Below, piece after piece: positions 58,398-64,000 of a stretch of DNA of 64,000 bases. How positions within the stretch are numbered: position 1 is the stretch's first letter; the number at the start of each line of letters is the position of its first letter. This DNA comes from Azolla caroliniana (taxonomy: Eukaryota > Plantae > Polypodiophyta): contig JBHGNT010000014.1 in the NCBI GenBank assembly GCA_043228905.1, positions 6,820,001 through 6,884,000 on the forward strand. Reading direction: 5' to 3'. The translations under genes were made by a program, and so were the position numbers. The notes below the pieces were generated by a model. The model was not told the DNA's origin, made no database searches, and worked only from the letters and a program-made list of their open reading frames with translations.

Positions 58398-61300
58398 CCG
58401 ATGGCAAAGGCATATGGAATCTTCATCATATCCGCCTTCTCTGTTTTTGTCTTCGGGATTTGCTTACTGGATAGCCTGCAGTTTTCCGGAAGTGTCGATC
58501 CGACCGGTTTCGCATCTGACATGTTGAACCAGTGAAACACCTTTGTCACGTACTTCTCCTGTGACAGCCATAATTGCTTCGCTGACCGGTTCCGGATAAT
58601 ATGCATCCCCAGCATCTGTCTTGCCGGACCCAAGTCTTTCATTGAGAAGGTCCGGTTGAGAGCCTTCTTCAACATCCGTATTTTGACTTGGTCCCGTCCG
58701 ACGATCAACATGTCATCCACGTACAGAAGGAGTATTAGGAAATCGCCTCCTTCGAACTTCTTCACAAACACGCAGTGATTGGCCTGTGTCTTGTGGTACC
58801 CTTGATCAGTCATGAAGGAGTCGAACTTCCGGTACCATTGCCGGGGGGCTTGCTTCAACCCGTAGAGGCTCTTCTTCAACCGGCATACCAGGTGCTCCCT
58901 CCCTTTCTCCACGAATCATTCCGGTTGCTGCATGTAGATCTCCTCTTCGAGGTCGCCGTGAAGGAATGTCCTCTTCACGTCCAGCTGCTCTACCTCAAGG
59001 TTCATGCTTGCCGCTATACTCAACAGCGTCCGGATGGAGGTCATCTTTACAACCGGGGCAAATATCTCGTCAAAGTCCACGCCCTTTTTCTGCTGGAACC
59101 ACTTCACCACAATCCTGGCTTTGTATCTCGGGGGCTTGCCAGCATCTCCCGGTTTCAACTTGTACACCCACTTGTTTCGGAGTGCCCGCTTTCCTTTCGG
59201 CAACTCCACCAATTCGTACGTATGGTTCTCATGCAAGGAATCCATCTCATCTTGCACGGCACTTAAACATTTGTGGCTGTGGGTGTCATCCTTCGCTTCT
59301 TCAAAGCTTTCCGGCTCCCCCTCATCGGTCAGCAGAACATGCTCTGCATCCGGAAATCTCCGGGGGGCCCTTCTCTCTATGAGAGGATATCTCCGTCTTC
59401 GGGCTTCGGTAACCGGTTCTTCCATTTGCTCTTCCTCCGAATCCGATTCGGGGTCTTGGCCGGTTCTGGTCTCAGCTTCCTCTACTTCTTCTTCTGCCGG
59501 TTCGGTATCCTCACCTTAACCGGCTGGTTCCTCGAGTGCTAACCGGTCTCTTGCCGGTTGGGTCTGCTTATCATAGAGTCTATCCTTACCGGTCGACTCG
59601 GAGTTCATTATCTTCTTCTCCGACTCCCAGTCGGCGAGCGTCTTGTTCTCCATGATGATAATATCTTGACTCCGGAATACATTCTTGTCGACCAGGTCCC
59701 ACACTCGGTAGCCGAACTCATCGTCACCGTAACCGAGGAATATGCATGGCCGGGTCTTTGGATCTAACTTTCCTCTCCGGTCCTTAGCTACATGCACGTA
59801 CGCGAGACACCCGAACACCTTCAGATGCCGGTAGGACACTTCCTTACCGGTCCATACTCTCTGTGGCGTGTCTCCGTCCAAGGGTACTAAGGGTGATCTG
59901 TTTATCACATATGTCGCCGTCGACAGTGCCTCAACCCAAAACTTCTTGGGTAGTTTTGCATGCGCTAGCATACTCCGGACCCTCTCGATTATGGTCCGGT
60001 TCATCCTCTCGGCCAGTCCGTTTAGTTCCGGCGTCTTCGGCACGGTAAATTCGAGCCGGATTCCCTTCGAGCGACAGTACTCCTCGAACTACCCCCGGTA
60101 TTCACCTTCGTTATCTGCTCGAACCGCCTTCAGCTTCCGGCCGGTTTCTCTTTCCACTCTCGCGTGGAGCTCTTTGAAGACGGATAACACCTGATCCTTC
60201 GTCTTCAACGGTGTGGCCCACAGCTTCCGGCTGTGGTCATCTATGAACGTCACGAAGTACTACGCTCTGGCATGTGACTTCGTGTCTACTTGACACACAT
60301 CAGTATGCACCAACTCCAGTGGTTCATTACGTCTCATCGGTGGCCTTGGTCGGAAGGAGGTCCGGTTTTGCTTACCGGCCAGACAATCAGTGCACTTCTC
60401 CAAGTGCACGTTCTTCACTGGAATGAGGTTGTCTTCTGCAAGCCTCTTCATCCCTTTCTCGCTCATGTGACACAGCCTCTTGTGCCACAGTTCACCGGCA
60501 CTGTCGGATTGCACGTTCACTTCCTCCGGACATAACCGAGCATTCATCAGGTACAGAGTGTTGACCTTCCGGGCCTGAGCCACAATCAGGCTCCCCTTGC
60601 TGAACTTCATGACACCGTTCCGGATGCTACCCGTGTAGCCTTCATCATCTAGCCGACCGGCTGATATCAGGTTCAGTCAAACCTCTCGAACGTGTCGAAC
60701 ATCCTTCAACAACAACTTGCATCCGGTTGGTGTTGTCAGCCACACGTCTTCTATGCCGACAATTCGGCATGTACCTTCATTCCCCATTCGGACACAACCA
60801 TGATCACCGGCTGAGTAGGATGAGAAGCATTTCCGGTCCGGGGTAAGGTGGAACGACGCTCCGGAGTCTACCACCCAGGTCATCTCATCGCCGGCAAGGT
60901 TTATCTCACACTCCTCGGTGATGAGCATCAACTCTTCTTCACTTGCCGCGATTGCCGTCATTCCCTTCCGGTCCGGGCCCCTCCGGTCTTTGCCATTCCG
61001 GTCCGGGGTCCGCTTCGAATCGGTACCATCGATCTCCTTATCTTTTCGGAAATGCCGACAGTTCTTTTGGAAGTGTCCCGGCTTGCCGCAATAGAAGCAA
61101 GTAGGCCTTCCCCTTGACTTTGACCGTGTCCCCGACTTCTCCCGGTTCTGGGGACTACGGTTTCTATGTCTCCCGTGTTCCGATTTGGTAAGGAGCGCTT
61201 TGGAGTCGGAGCTCGTATCTTTATCTTTCCGACGCGCCTCCTCATCTAGCAAGCTCAACTTTACTCTTGCTAGGGATAACCGCTTTCCTTCCAGCCCGGC

Positions 61301-62887
61301 GTTGCCCAAAGTGACAACCAACGTCTCCCAGCTAGGAGTAGCGCTAGTACCTCATCGGCGAGAGGTACTTCCAATGAAGTTTCCTGGTGGATCAGCCCCT
61401 GGAAGGCATTCATGTGCTCTGCCATGTTGGAGCCATCTTGGTACCGGAGCCTTACTAGCTTCCGGAATATCGAAACCTGATTAACAACATTTTTGTTTTG
61501 AAACATAATGCCGATCTTCTCCCAGAGCTCATGAGCCTTGCTCTCTTCATTGAAGTTGTTGTATAGGCTCATGTCGATGAAGCACCGTATGTACGCCAGC
61601 CGTTGTCTTCAGGTGCATCACTTCCCATATTGTGGCGTCGATCTTGTCCGGTCTCTTGTCCCCGAACTGAACCAGTAACCAAAGATCTTTAACCACGAGC
61701 ATGTCCCTCATCTTCGACTTCCACACTGAATAGTTGGAGCCGGTGAGCTTGAACATGCCACCAAACAATTCGTCCATTTTCTGTGTCGTTTTGCTCTGAT
61801 ACCACTTGACGGGAACAACACGCTCCCTATACGCAACGCTCGGCCACAACGGAGCTTAGAATCATACACAGAAAAACGGGAAATAATGAACGACACGAAG
61901 AAGAGACGAGTACACAGGATGTTTACGTGGAAAACCCAAACAGGGAAAAAACCACGGCAGCCCACAGGCTGCAAACTATCACTATGTTAGAATGTACAAC
62001 AGTGAGTTTACAGAGGCAATGACCTCGTGCTCACAATCTTCGCCACAGGCGGCGGTTACAACAGAGGCAACAACCTCTTTCTCTCTCTCTCTCTCTCTGT
62101 ACACAGTTACGCGCTCTCTCTCTTTCCTTGCACCAACAAGGATGACAACAACAGTAAATAAAAGTTTGCCCTAAGTCATATTTATACTAATATGACTTTT
62201 CGGCTATTTACAAATATAGCCTCGATGGACTCTCAGAAAAATATTTACGAATATGTCTCTTCATCCGGTTTCGGCATTCCTCACCGGGTCTGCGCCATCC
62301 AGCTCTCCGTAGCCGGGTACTCCTCATCCGGTTCTCACCGGGTCTGCACCATCCGGCTCTCCGTAGCCGGGTACTCTTCATCCGGTTCTCACCGGGTCTA
62401 CGTCATCCGGCTCTCCGTAGCCGGGTACTCCTCATCCGGTTCTCACCGGGTCTGCGTCATCCGGCTCTCCGTAACCGGGTACTCCTCATCCGGTTCTCAC
62501 CGGGTCTGCACCATCCGGCTCTCCGTAGCCGGGTACTCCTCATCCGGTTCTCACCGGGTCTGCACCATCCGGCTCTCCGTAGCCGGGTACTCCTCATCCG
62601 GTTCTCACCGGGTCTGCACCATCCGGCTCTCCGTAGCCGGGTACTCCTCATCCGGTTCTCACCGGGTCTGCACCATCCGGCTCTCTGTAGCCGGGTACTC
62701 CTCATCCGGTTCTCACCGGGTCTGCACCATCGGGCTCTCCGTAGCCGGGTACTCCTCATCCGGTTCTCACCGGGTCTGCACCATCCGGCTCTCCGTAGCC
62801 GGGTACTCCTCATCCGGTTCTCACCGGGTCTGCACCATCCGGCTCTGTTCTTCTCCCTTCCCATCCGGAGGGACCTGTCTCCCAACA
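58398..62887 (-). mobile_element. 3'-truncated decayed Ty1/Copia (element F) with a 1081-bp 5' LTR at 61807-62887
   Basis: tRNA-Met(i) PBS TGGTATCAGAGC at about 61804-61793. Gag (KLTGSNYSVWKSKM), CFYCGKPGHFQKNC, WVVDSGASFH, LWHKRLCH, integrase, RT (LYVDDML). Cut off at 58398 by the duplicated block. Confidence 0.9.
62281..62846. repeat. 54-bp tandem array (about 10.5 units) inside the element F LTR
   Basis: Unit CTCCGTAGCCGGGTACTCCTCATCCGGTTCTCACCGGGTCTGCACCATCCGGCT; it gives an 18-aa periodicity in the ORF track. Confidence 0.95.
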
Positions 62888-63077
62888 GATTTGCACCTGG
62901 GAGAAACCACCATCCTTCTTCTACCTGCAATCTATGCTGATGATTGAAGAAAACCATGCGAGTGGGTTGAGGACCACTCAATCGGATAGCCGGATGCTGT
63001 ACATGCAGGCGGATCGGCCCCGTGGGTGTGGAAGGCGAGGTGGTTCAGCACGCAATAGCGGTGACCGGCAAGATTAG
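62888..63077 (+). pseudogene. Copia gag fragment (related to element C) trapped between two LTRs
   Basis: Translates to ICTWEKPPSFFYLQSMLMIEENH...RMLYMQADRPRG, compared with element C LAREKSPSFFELQSMLLVEENH...HMLY. Confidence 0.7.
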
Positions 63078-64000
63078 TGTTGAGAAATCGGTCCCTCCGG
63101 ATGGGATCCGGTTGTGAATGAAGAGATCCAGAAACAAGATCGGATGGACCCGGTTAGAGCCAGAAGAGAAGACAACTTTGTAAATATGTCTTGAGTAAGC
63201 CTGTTGAGGCTACATTTGTAAATAGCCCTAAGTTCATATAAGTATAAATATGACTTAGGGCAATCGCTTTAAGTGTAAGAGAGAGTTGTATGTTGTAGTT
63301 GTTCATATCATTGTAATTGTTGTATAGAGAGAGAGTGATAGAGAGGAAGAGAGCGTGAGATACAGAGAAATACTTTGTTGTAACCGCCGGTTGGCGAAGA
63401 TACAAAGTTCGAGGTCATTGCCTCAGAGGTTCTGATTGTACCTGTCTCGTATAGTGATAGTTGGAGTCCGTGGGCTCCCATGGTTTTTCCCTATTTGGGT
63501 TTTCCACGTAAACATCTTGTGCATTTCCTTTGTGTACTCTCTACTTCCCATTTCTGTGTTTGATTCTCATTGAAGTGATTCGGTACTTGATTGTGACTGA
63601 GCTATATTCCGCGCTATTCTCAACAAACTGGTATTAGAGCGAACAACACAAGAAATGGAAGAAGTGAACATAGCATCCAACACTGCCTGTGAGTTGTGGC
63701 ACAAAAGATTGTGTCACATGAGTGAGAAGGGGATGAAGAGGTTTGCCAAAGACAACCTCATTTCGGTGAAGGACGTGCAACTTCAAAAGTGCACCGATTT
63801 CTTGGCCAGCAAGAAAACCCGAACCTCCTTCCAGTCAAGGCTACCGATGAGACGGAATGCACCATTGGAGCTGGTGCATATCGATGTGCGTCAAGTGGAC
63901 ACGAAGTCAAATGCCGGAGCGCAGTACTTTGCGATGTTCATAGATGACCACAGCTGGAAGTTATGAGTCTCACCACTGAAGATGAAGGATCAAGTGTTAT
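63078..64000 (+). mobile_element. Copia related to element F (element G): LTR 63078-63625, PBS, gag/protease deleted, integrase start; runs off the window
   Basis: LTR start TGTTGAGAAATCGGTCCCTCCGGATGGGA resembles the F LTR start and ends CAACA. PBS TGGTATTAGAGC at 63629-63640. ORF 63655-63966 reads MEEVNIASNTACELWHKRLCHMSEKGM. Confidence 0.85.

Noticed and set aside
62192-62981. 251-aa and 174-aa ORFs with 18-aa repeats, and a possible CRISPR-like array
   Set aside because: Both are by-products of a stop-free 54-bp tandem repeat inside an LTR. There are no unique spacers and no cas genes.

Overview
Repeat-rich land-plant nuclear DNA, probably from a non-seed plant such as a fern (inferred from the retrotransposon lineages). 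The only intact host gene is eEF1A (+, CDS 2915-5142, 447 aa, with a telo-box/TATA promoter and a 5'-UTR intron). The rest is a stack of nested transposons: a hAT-type MITE; a decayed chromovirus split by a TSD-bounded LINE unit that also carries PPR-gene debris; a solo Copia LTR holding an intact non-chromovirus Gypsy (gag-pol plus an extra 883-aa ORF), which in turn holds an intact Tcn1-like chromovirus with a self-priming PBS and a -1 frameshift signal; and a decayed Copia holding a solo LTR that holds an intact Tat-like Gypsy with a second RNase H. More Copia elements follow, one with a 54-bp tandem array in its LTR. The main hidden finding: removing the 13.3-kb Copia (38791-52130) and one TATAC TSD rejoins, in frame, an intron-containing minus-strand gene encoding a ParB-like domain fused to a bacterial-type beta-class N4-cytosine/N6-adenine DNA methyltransferase. 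This gene is now a pseudogene and is partly duplicated at 53967-58397. All calls come from manual reading; no database searches were run.
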